Shown: positions 56,209-64,000 of the stretch, one piece after another
How positions within the stretch are numbered: the stretch's first letter is position 1
Layout of the letters: each line of letters opens with the position of its first letter
NCBI GenBank assembly: GCA_041661705.1
Contig: JBAZTZ010000009.1
Coordinates: 9,050 to 73,049 of the forward strand
Length of the DNA stretch: 64,000 nucleotides
Origin: Sulfuricurvum sp.
GTDB taxonomy: Bacteria; Campylobacterota; Campylobacteria; Campylobacterales; Sulfurimonadaceae
Direction: 5' to 3'
Notes under the pieces: generated by a model
The model's database searches: none
The model's input: the letters and a program-made list of their open reading frames with translations, nothing else
What the model was told of the DNA's origin: nothing
Program-made: the position numbers and the translations under genes

Positions 56209-59101
56209 TATTTCCCTTTAATGTAATTTTAAATGAAACACCGTCGTTTTTATTTTTAACATTTAATTTGCCTTTATGATGCCCCTCAATAATCTGCTTG
56301 GACATATATAGACCCAATCCTGTTCCATTTTTTTCACTCTTTGTTGAGAAATAGGGATCAAATATTTTATCAAGTATTTGATCAGGAATTCCACCGCCAT
56401 TATCGCTAATAATAAGAATATTACTTTTAGAGGTAATTTTAATTTGAGGAAAAGAGGTATTTTTTTCCTTAAAATTATCTTGAGCATTTTTAAGAATGTT
56501 GAGAGCTACTTGCATCATTTCACTATCATAAATAGCAAATTGTGTTTCATCCTCATACTCTTCAATAATCTCAATATTATCCACTTCAATTGAAGTCCGA
56601 ATAATTTTAAGTGCTTTATGTACTACCTCTTTAAATGAGCTCATGACTACTTTTTTATCGGGTTTATAAAAATTCCGAAAATCATCAATCGTCATAGTAA
56701 GATTTTCAACGTAATCTTCAATATTGTCAAGTTTATCCATAAAAAAGTGTTTCAATCCCTCTCGTCCCTCTTGTGTATTCAAATCAAAACTTTCGAGTTC
56801 AAGCTTGAGCTTCATATTAAGGGCTGTAGAAGCGATGGAACCTAGAGGTTGTCGCCATTGGTGGGCTATCATGGATATCATCTCACCCATCTGGGCAAGT
56901 CGCGATTGTTGTAGCATTTGTTGGTCTTGCACTAAACGCTCTTTTTTTAGCCTATTCTCTTCGGAAATATCATTAGCAATAAGAAGAAAATTATCGGTAT
57001 CAGGAAGAGCTATGATACTAATTCTCGTTTCGATAATTGTTCCATCTTTTTTTACACATCGTATTTCAATATTGTCAATATACCCATCTTTACTCGCTAT
57101 ATTGAGAGCATAAAGAGCGACTTCCCTATCCTCTTCTAATGTCAACTCCAAACAACTTTGTTTATAAAGTTCTGATTCACTGTATCCCGTCATCTCAAAA
57201 TAAGCTTTATTAGTAAATATGAACATTGTATTTTTATCAACAATCCCAATCGACTCTTTTGTGGCATTAAAGATATTTTCAAGCAGTTTTTTAGATTCTT
57301 GAAGCTCAGAGGTGCGCTTACTAATACTATCTTCTAATTTACTGTTGGCTTGTTTTAATACTCGCTGTCGATACAAAAAAGCGATAAAAATGGTAACAAA
57401 AAATGCTATCATCCACCATGCTGGGGTATAATTTGCGGGGCTGGAATAACTTTTAAGTGTCCAACTTTCCTTAATCTCCTGTACTTTTTCTTTCGGAATA
57501 CTTTGCAGTGTCTTATTGAGAATATTCAATAATAATGGATCATTACGAACTACACCGATACTGCCAGAAATAGGATTGTCTTTTCCAACAAACCCATTTA
57601 CTTTGAGCTTACCAATACCATAATTTTGAATCATCCACTCTGCTGTTTCGTAGGGTGTAGCAATACAGTACGCCTCACCATTCAAAATCTTTTTTGTAAT
57701 TTTGTTCAAGTCGCTACAGACTTCAATGGTGAGTCTAGGATTGTATCGCAATAGAATTTTCTTGAACTGCAGATGTCGGACAAGTATCTTTTTTCGCTCA
57801 AGAATGGAAATATCCCCAATAAAAGGTTGGTTATTATTACTAATAAGTGCCAAATAAGTTGAAATCAAAGGTTGCGACAGTTTTACATTAGGAAACATTT
57901 TTTCCTTTGTACTCGTAACGGAAACTAAGTCACAACGCTTTTCCTTTATATTTTTTAAAAAATCATCATCATTTTTCGAAATAATTGGAATAAAAGTAAT
58001 TCCAAGTTTTTTTGCGATAATTGAATATATATCAGCAACGATGCCAGTATGAATACCATCTTTTGTCCCATCTATTGGGAATAAATCGGGTTGAATACAA
58101 AGTTTCAACTCCTTTTTTTGTTCTAAATAGGCATGTTCACCCCCATTCAAAACAAGGATAGTTGATTCTTTGAATAGCATATGCTTAAGATTTAATGGTG
58201 TTTTTATAAACCCTGAAACATTATAGATATCGTAGATTCGTTGTAATTTTTCCGTCTCAATATCTCCAATATTTTTAGTTCCTGAGTATGCCAATTCTTT
58301 AAGGGCATTGGCTTCAAAAATAAGTGCTTCCCGAGATTTATTTTGTGTATTGTATTCGCGTATAATCACATCTACAGCTTCATCGATATGGCTAAAAGCA
58401 TATTCCCATCCGCGAAGAGACGCGTTGGTAAATTCCAATGCACGTGCGTGATGTTTTTCCGCTTCATCGTAAGAGGTAAATAAAATGTCATTATAAAAAT
58501 CAAATCCATATTTTTTAGGATCAAAAATAGTATATTTAACTCCACGTTCTCTTAGTAGAAAGGGCTCATTCGATTCGTATGCCATCATAATGTCTGTCTT
58601 CTTATTTATAAGATCATTAACATCAAATGAATCTTTAAGATATATTAGATCTTTGGCTTGAATCCCTTCTCTATTCATCATCGCATACAAGGCAACAGCA
58701 ACATCTGTCCCGGGAACCGTCATGATTTTTTTCCCTTTTAAATCTTTTATCGTTGATATGTTAGACTCTTTAGTCGTTAAAAAAATTAAAGGGGAGGATT
58801 GAAGAATTGAAGCAAGTAGTTTAATTGGCTTACCATTACTGGCATCGATAATTAAGGAGGAACCTCCGATTCCATAGGTAGACTTTTTATGGATGACTTC
58901 ATTGGCTATATTCAATCCATAACTATAAGGCTTAATCTCTACTTCTAAGCCAGCATCCGAATAATAACCCTTTTCTTTTGCCATATAGTAACCAGCGAAT
59001 TGAAACTGATGTAACCACAGAAGCTGTAGTGAAATCTTTTCAGTAGCGTATGAGGATAAGAAAAGCATTGATATAACAAGTATAAGTCTAAAAATTATCA
59101 A
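56201..59101 (-). CDS. Membrane sensor histidine kinase (NMT1/THI5-like PBP + family-3 PBP + TM + PAS + HisKA/HATPase)
   Basis: WLHQFQFAGYYMA.EKGYY NMT1-like start, second PBP, TM WWMIAFFVTIFIAFLY, PAS (N.AY..MTGYS), IAHQWRQPL, NILKNAQD, DNGGGI, FDPYFSTK, GTGLGL. Confidence 0.93.
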   Translation of the reverse strand: MIIFRLILVISMLFLSSYATEKISLQLLWLHQFQFAGYYMAKEKGYYSDAGLEVEIKPYSYGLNIANEVIHKKSTYGIGGSSLIIDASNGKPIKLLASILQSSPLIFLTTKESNISTIKDLKGKKIMTVPGTDVAVALYAMMNREGIQAKDLIYLKDSFDVNDLINKKTDIMMAYESNEPFLLRERGVKYTIFDPKKYGFDFYNDILFTSYDEAEKHHARALEFTNASLRGWEYAFSHIDEAVDVIIREYNTQNKSREALIFEANALKELAYSGTKNIGDIETEKLQRIYDIYNVSGFIKTPLNLKHMLFKESTILVLNGGEHAYLEQKKELKLCIQPDLFPIDGTKDGIHTGIVADIYSIIAKKLGITFIPIISKNDDDFLKNIKEKRCDLVSVTSTKEKMFPNVKLSQPLISTYLALISNNNQPFIGDISILERKKILVRHLQFKKILLRYNPRLTIEVCSDLNKITKKILNGEAYCIATPYETAEWMIQNYGIGKLKVNGFVGKDNPISGSIGVVRNDPLLLNILNKTLQSIPKEKVQEIKESWTLKSYSSPANYTPAWWMIAFFVTIFIAFLYRQRVLKQANSKLEDSISKRTSELQESKKLLENIFNATKESIGIVDKNTMFIFTNKAYFEMTGYSESELYKQSCLELTLEEDREVALYALNIASKDGYIDNIEIRCVKKDGTIIETRISIIALPDTDNFLLIANDISEENRLKKERLVQDQQMLQQSRLAQMGEMISMIAHQWRQPLGSIASTALNMKLKLELESFDLNTQEGREGLKHFFMDKLDNIEDYVENLTMTIDDFRNFYKPDKKVVMSSFKEVVHKALKIIRTSIEVDNIEIIEEYEDETQFAIYDSEMMQVALNILKNAQDNFKEKNTSFPQIKITSKSNILIISDNGGGIPDQILDKIFDPYFSTKSEKNGTGLGLYMSKQIIEGHHKGKLNVKNKNDGVSFKITLKGNND

Positions 59102-59152
59102 GACAAAATTCCTTATATAAAGATGAGCGCTATTAATTAAACATATTCTAGC

Positions 59153-60814
59153 TTATATTATTATTTTCGGCAAACTAAAATAAAAACAACTTCCCTCTCC
59201 GACAACACTTTCAACCCATATTTTTCCACCATGAAGCTCAATTATTTTTTTGACAATCGTAAGCCCCAATCCTGTTCCTTTCATAGCGTCAGTTTGATGC
59301 TCACGGATTTGAACAAATGGGTTAAATAAAGTTTCAATTTTATCACTTGCAATCCCAGGACCATGATCTGCAATACCAAACACATCACTCTGCTCTTCAC
59401 GTCTATACAATAGAGTAATTATCTCAGATTCAGGTGAAAATTTAATGGCGTTAGTGAGTAAGTTTACCATTACTTGCTTGATCAGTTGACGATCTGCACG
59501 AATCAAAACGCCCTCTTCAATGTCTAATGAGAGAGTTAAATGTTTTTTATCCCCCATCGGTTCTACTAATATTTCAACCTCGCTGATTAAATCTTTCATA
59601 AGAAAAGGAGCAATATGCATATCCATTTTTCCCGCTTCAATTTTGGAAAAATCCAGAATCGTATTTACGAGAGAAAGGAGATTCTTCCCTGAAATGTGAA
59701 TTTTTTCGATAAACATTTTTATATTACTCGGGGTATCCGCTTTTGCAATCAAAATTTGAGAAAAACCTATAATAGCATTGAGTGGCGTACGTAACTCATG
59801 ACTCATGCTAGATAAGAAAGTGTCTTTGGCAAGGTTGGCTTCTTTCGCCTGATTCATTGCCGTTATCGCTTCATCACGTGCTAATTTCAATTCTTCTTGT
59901 ACACGTATACGTTCACTAATATTCTTTTTGACTGCAACAAGATGGGTCACTTTGCCACGCTCAATCAACGGTGTAACGGTCAACTCTTCAAAATAAACAT
60001 CCCCTGATTTTATTCGGCTTAAGATTTCTCCCTCCCAGACCTCACCATTCTTAACTTGATCCCAACATTCTTTTACTTGTATGGGATCATTAATTTTATC
60101 ATCTATTATAAATTGTGAGTTTTCACCAATAACATCTTCATTTTCATAGCCACTGTGACGGAGAAATTCTTTATTTGCATATTGAATATTTCCCTCATTA
60201 TCAGCGATCAACATCATAGTTGCCGTGGATTCAAGCGCAAGTTGCTGCAAATCTATCAACTCTTCCCGCTTTTGATCCAAGGAAATATCCGAAATCGAAA
60301 AGACTATCCCTTTTGGTAAGCCGTCATTTGTAATTGAATAGGCTGAATATCGAACAGGAATAGTGCTTCCAAGGGCATCATGTACCGATGTTTCCCCCTC
60401 TCTTCGACCAAATCCAACACCATATTCAATAATATTAGAAATCTCTTCATCGTCAATAAATTGGTCAATGTTGTGATCAATCATCTCATTTTCTGGACGT
60501 CCCAATAAGTAGCAGGCACTCTCATTCGAGAAAATAATATTCCCCTCTAAATCTACTGCAAAAAGACCCACACTCAGTGCATTCAGAATCGAATCGTGCA
60601 TCTCTTTATGTTGACGTTGAAGTAACTTATTCGCTTGTTCCAACTCTCGAGAGCTAACATCCAGTGTATTTTCTAAAAGACGACGTTCTTTTTCAGCTTC
60701 ATTATAAAAATCACTGACACTGTTTAAAAAAGGAGCTAATTCGTCGACCAATTCAGGGCGAATAAATCGACGCATTTGACGAATTAACAACCTATGATAG
60801 GACGACGGTTCCAT
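59153..60814 (-). CDS. Cytoplasmic PAS-PAS histidine kinase with an N-terminal helical extension (NahK-like)
   Basis: No TM segment. Two PAS domains, MSHELRTPLNAIIG, NLLTNAIKF, DHGPGI, GTGLGL. Confidence 0.93.
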   Translation of the reverse strand: MEPSSYHRLLIRQMRRFIRPELVDELAPFLNSVSDFYNEAEKERRLLENTLDVSSRELEQANKLLQRQHKEMHDSILNALSVGLFAVDLEGNIIFSNESACYLLGRPENEMIDHNIDQFIDDEEISNIIEYGVGFGRREGETSVHDALGSTIPVRYSAYSITNDGLPKGIVFSISDISLDQKREELIDLQQLALESTATMMLIADNEGNIQYANKEFLRHSGYENEDVIGENSQFIIDDKINDPIQVKECWDQVKNGEVWEGEILSRIKSGDVYFEELTVTPLIERGKVTHLVAVKKNISERIRVQEELKLARDEAITAMNQAKEANLAKDTFLSSMSHELRTPLNAIIGFSQILIAKADTPSNIKMFIEKIHISGKNLLSLVNTILDFSKIEAGKMDMHIAPFLMKDLISEVEILVEPMGDKKHLTLSLDIEEGVLIRADRQLIKQVMVNLLTNAIKFSPESEIITLLYRREEQSDVFGIADHGPGIASDKIETLFNPFVQIREHQTDAMKGTGLGLTIVKKIIELHGGKIWVESVVGEGSCFYFSLPKIII

Positions 60815-60824
60815 TAACTTTTCC

Positions 60825-61949
60825 TTATTCGTAAAGACTAACGAGTGTCATTGTTTGATTGTGAAGGGTACAGCGTGATTCACCTACCTCTGATAATTCC
60901 CCATACGAATAGAAACCTGTAATTATCGCTTTTTCTCCAAGTATTTCACGTATGATCTCAAGCTCTTCCTCACACAGTTGTCCCAGTACCAAACGTCTTC
61001 CTACGCAGCTTACGAGCAACACCAAAAATTCTTCATCATGATCAATTTTTGATGCCTCTGCCGCTAGTCCCGCATGCTCAATGAGACTATCCATATTTGT
61101 TTTCATTAATCGACAGAATCCACCATTTGGAATATCTCCCGCAAATGTCAAACTTTGTTTTTCTTCATCAATAGCAAGAAGGGTTCGGATTAATGGAGTC
61201 GAATTAATATTATTCCGAACGCTCATAGGGAAACGTAATCCACTCCCTGGTAATGAACTTGCAAACTCCCCCAAATAGCTTTTATACAGTTCAAGGGCAG
61301 GCTTATCGTCAATAGTATAGAGAGTATTCCCCTCAGAGTGTGTAATGCGACGTTCAGCTCCGAACTCTTCCCATCCCGCAGAACATCCACTTCGTGCACG
61401 AAGTGTCTCACCATAAATGCCAATAGCTGCAACGATCCCCGTTTCTGCCTTACCTTGCGCTATCACATACGTCGTCCCGAATCGTGTTCCATCACCCGCC
61501 ATACCGCCAGTTATACTAACGCCATCTGGTAATATATGCGACAATCCACGCGCCAATTCACTCCCATTGACGGTTAAACCATCGGACAGAATAAATACAT
61601 GGCGCAATGAATCTGAAATTAGCTCCTGTCCCAAAGAGATACCAAATTCTTCCATATCCGTAAAATCAGCCACTTTTTTAGAAACACAGCGTACTTGAGA
61701 GCGTTCAAATGATATGGCTGTAGCCACGGCATCAAGATCGCTAATTACTGTATCCATAACGCTACCTGAACTACTCGCACCAGCAATAATGGCGTTAGGA
61801 TATATATGACTTAACTCTTGATACCATTCTTGAGTGAGACAACATGGATGATCAAAAAATACTAAAACTAAATCTTTTTGTTCAGCCAAGGTTTTATCAA
61901 CAGCACTCCATCCAGCTTGCTCGCTCCATCGTATTTGTTCACTTTTCAT
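60825..61949 (-). CDS. Stand-alone FIST_N + FIST_C protein (NosP-like sensor)
   Basis: G.SSSG.V, ILSDGL.VNGS.L, GGMAGDG..F..T, SCVGRRLVLG, GFYSYGE, LHNQTMT. Confidence 0.92.
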   Translation of the reverse strand: MKSEQIRWSEQAGWSAVDKTLAEQKDLVLVFFDHPCCLTQEWYQELSHIYPNAIIAGASSSGSVMDTVISDLDAVATAISFERSQVRCVSKKVADFTDMEEFGISLGQELISDSLRHVFILSDGLTVNGSELARGLSHILPDGVSITGGMAGDGTRFGTTYVIAQGKAETGIVAAIGIYGETLRARSGCSAGWEEFGAERRITHSEGNTLYTIDDKPALELYKSYLGEFASSLPGSGLRFPMSVRNNINSTPLIRTLLAIDEEKQSLTFAGDIPNGGFCRLMKTNMDSLIEHAGLAAEASKIDHDEEFLVLLVSCVGRRLVLGQLCEEELEIIREILGEKAIITGFYSYGELSEVGESRCTLHNQTMTLVSLYE

Positions 61950-62743
61950 TTTTTCATCCTCTCCATTGTTGATTTCAATACTATAATTGCTTGATTAAAC
62001 GGTTCGGGTTCAAGACCAAAACTTTTTAATGCAGATAGTGCTTTTGTAGCACTTTCCTCACTTAAAGATTCCCGAATATTGATCGCTTCTTGTATAACAT
62101 AAAGAATTTTACCCTCTAATGTCGCTGATTTTGCATTCACATTCGATAGCATCTCAATCAATTCAGGGTCAAAATTCCAATGCGCGAACATCATAGCCGC
62201 TATTTCATAACTATTCATCCCTAAAAAGGACTTCTCGACTTCTATAATTGATTTACCCAATAAAAGTTCAGCCAAAAAACTTTCTTGATTGCCTATCATA
62301 ACAAGTTTACGCGAAGCAATTAGCTTGCCCAATTCCATCAAAAAAACTCCACTCGTTAACAAAGGGAGAAGTTGTTTATCAACCCGAGTAATCCACTCTG
62401 TCAGAAGTAACATTTGACATTCTGATGTTTCGGTAAGAATATCAATCGTAATACCATAAGGTTGAAGATCTATTGGTATCGCTTTTTTGATAGCATTAGC
62501 TGCTGCAAATCCTCGTATCATAGCAACACCAAAAAGCATCACAGCTTGTCGAATCGAACCTATCCCTTTGCTCATTCCGTAAAGAGGAGAGTTGACGGAC
62601 TTAAGAATATTAGCACTAAGCATAGGATCACTTTCGATCACTCGTGTTAGCGCAGAAATATTCACCTCTTTCTCCATACACAACTGTTGAATACGTACAA
62701 TTGATGCAGGCAGTGGGGGTAAACTTTTAATTTCTTTTTCCAA
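61946..62743 (-). CDS. Stand-alone HDOD-domain protein
   Basis: SLPPLP, DPMLSANILKSVNSPLYG, AVMLFG, FLMELGK (degenerate HD), HWNF. AGGAGG RBS, TTG start, ATGA overlap with the FIST gene. Confidence 0.9.
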   Translation of the reverse strand: MEKEIKSLPPLPASIVRIQQLCMEKEVNISALTRVIESDPMLSANILKSVNSPLYGMSKGIGSIRQAVMLFGVAMIRGFAAANAIKKAIPIDLQPYGITIDILTETSECQMLLLTEWITRVDKQLLPLLTSGVFLMELGKLIASRKLVMIGNQESFLAELLLGKSIIEVEKSFLGMNSYEIAAMMFAHWNFDPELIEMLSNVNAKSATLEGKILYVIQEAINIRESLSEESATKALSALKSFGLEPEPFNQAIIVLKSTMERMKK

Positions 62744-62757
62744 ATAGGTGATCCTCC

Positions 62758-63999
62758 TTAGATTCGTTTAGTAAGATAGTCACATATCTCACTAATATTC
62801 GATTTATTAAAAATACCTTCTACGCTCTCCGTATCCGGTAAGTGCGCAATAAGCTTACTGTCATCTTCAGCAGAAATAATAATGACAGGGATGGAAATTT
62901 GATTTTGATCCATGAACTGAAGTACTTCAGAACTAATACCATCCACTAAAAAGAAATCAAGTATCATAAAATCAAAATCTTCATTCTCTAATAACTCTTT
63001 GGCTTTATTAACCGAATTTGTAACGGTAAGATTAAATCTATGTACTAATTTATCAATCAGCATTCTTTGATATTCGGGAGCATCCTCGACGATTAAAACC
63101 CTCTTCGCAGTAGAATCCTCAGAGGGGAAGCGCTCAAGTGTATTTTGTGTTTGAGAAACAGGAATTGTAAAATAAAAGCACGAACCAACACCTTCTTCGC
63201 TCTCAACCCATAATTTACCATTATGTAAGTCTTCAACGATTTTCTTAGAAATTGCCAATCCCAACCCTGTCCCTTTTGCTGTCTTTTGAAAGGGATTTTC
63301 AACTTGAGTAAAGGGGTCAAAAAGAGTAGCAATATCTTTTGCCGCTATACCGATACCCGAATCACAAACGCCAAAACGGTACAGTCGCTTCTCTTCATCA
63401 AAATCAAGCACTAACTTTACCGTTCCATTGTCTGGGGTAAACTTAATGGCATTGCTAAGTAAATTGAGCATTACCTGCAACATCAACTGTCGATCAAGAT
63501 AAAGCCCTAATGATATCAACTGCGGATGTTCAAAAAAAATCGATTTTTTTTCTGCCATAGGCTCAATAATCGTTGCCACATCGCGTATGATTTCTGAAAT
63601 AAGGGTCACTTCAGGTTTAAAAGTTAGCTTACCTGCTTCAAGTTTTGCAAAATCAAGGATTGTATTAACTAATGTAAGCAAGTTATTACCAGAAATACCA
63701 ATTTTTTGAATATAAGATTTTAAATTATCGGGAAGCGATTTATTCATCATCAAAATTTGAGAAAATCCAATAATAGCATTAAGTGGCGTTCGTAATTCAT
63801 GGCTCATATTGGCTAAAAACATATTTTTAGACTGACTTGCTCGTTCGACTTGATCTACCAACTGAATCAAGGCTTGTTCCCGCTCTCGATTGTGAAAATT
63901 TTGTTTCATTATTTCCAATAAAATCTTAATAATTTCCACCATATACACTTTATTCGGAATCTCTTTTATCTTAACTGCAACATTAATCCGCTTATTTTT
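62758..63999 (-). CDS. Hybrid histidine kinase (HisKA-HATPase-REC), 5' end lies beyond the window
   Basis: MSHELRTPLNAIIG, NLLSNAIKFT, DSGIGI, GTGLGL, REC (VEDA, ILDFF). The frame stays open upstream of 63948 to the window edge (KNKRINVAVKIKEIPNKVY...). Confidence 0.92.
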   Translation of the reverse strand, partial: KNKRINVAVKIKEIPNKVYMVEIIKILLEIMKQNFHNREREQALIQLVDQVERASQSKNMFLANMSHELRTPLNAIIGFSQILMMNKSLPDNLKSYIQKIGISGNNLLTLVNTILDFAKLEAGKLTFKPEVTLISEIIRDVATIIEPMAEKKSIFFEHPQLISLGLYLDRQLMLQVMLNLLSNAIKFTPDNGTVKLVLDFDEEKRLYRFGVCDSGIGIAAKDIATLFDPFTQVENPFQKTAKGTGLGLAISKKIVEDLHNGKLWVESEEGVGSCFYFTIPVSQTQNTLERFPSEDSTAKRVLIVEDAPEYQRMLIDKLVHRFNLTVTNSVNKAKELLENEDFDFMILDFFLVDGISSEVLQFMDQNQISIPVIIISAEDDSKLIAHLPDTESVEGIFNKSNISEICDYLTKRI

Positions 64000-64000
64000 A

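Noticed and set aside
2199-63332. The many 60-165 aa ORFs antisense to or out of frame within long genes (for example 2199..2642, 13742..14170, 25949..26443, 33649..34074, 52492..52890)
   Set aside because: Each is fully nested in a well-supported gene, with no recognisable motif or RBS. This is expected in long, codon-biased genes.
1-64000. tRNA, rRNA, CRISPR arrays, prophage or IS elements
   Set aside because: Intergenic gaps are all under about 180 bp. I saw no cloverleaf, spaced-repeat array, or phage or transposase motifs.

Overview
This is a gene-dense chromosomal window from a free-living Campylobacterota (Epsilonproteobacteria) bacterium, most likely Sulfuricurvum/Sulfurimonas-like. 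That placement rests on the oorDABC gene order, the monomeric Icd, a HQWRQPL-type kinase and the nadK-recN-tatD-rlpA-kdsC-lptCA-engB-mrdA synteny. From left to right it contains: (1) a GH57-based glycogen operon (glgB, which runs off the left edge and is missing from the ORF track; two tandem glgA genes; a GalT-fold nucleotidyltransferase; two GH57 enzymes; an NTP-transferase/phosphomutase-like fusion), with no glgC in view; (2) a SWIM-SNF2 fusion gene coupled to an uncharacterised protein; (3) efp; (4) a (reverse) TCA cluster icd-mdh-fumC-sucCD-[HMA protein]-oorDABC; (5) envelope and housekeeping genes; (6) a pgaBCD (PNAG biofilm) cassette with no adjacent pgaA; (7) polA, an HDOD gene and nadE-[DegT-like]-lpxK-argB; (8) a signalling cluster (hybrid kinase, HDOD, FIST/NosP-like protein, PAS kinase, periplasmic-sensor kinase, response regulator). 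I saw no tRNA, rRNA, IS element, integrase or CRISPR array. The strongest leads are: an unannotated ~150-aa helical domain with an acidic-aromatic tail shared by two unrelated proteins 43 kb apart; the NosP/kinase/HDOD module; pgaBCD without pgaA; a DegT-family protein lacking the PLP lysine; a possible GlgC-independent sugar-nucleotide supply for glycogen; and an unannotated 52-aa membrane ORF. All alignments and counts were done by eye and no database searches were run.
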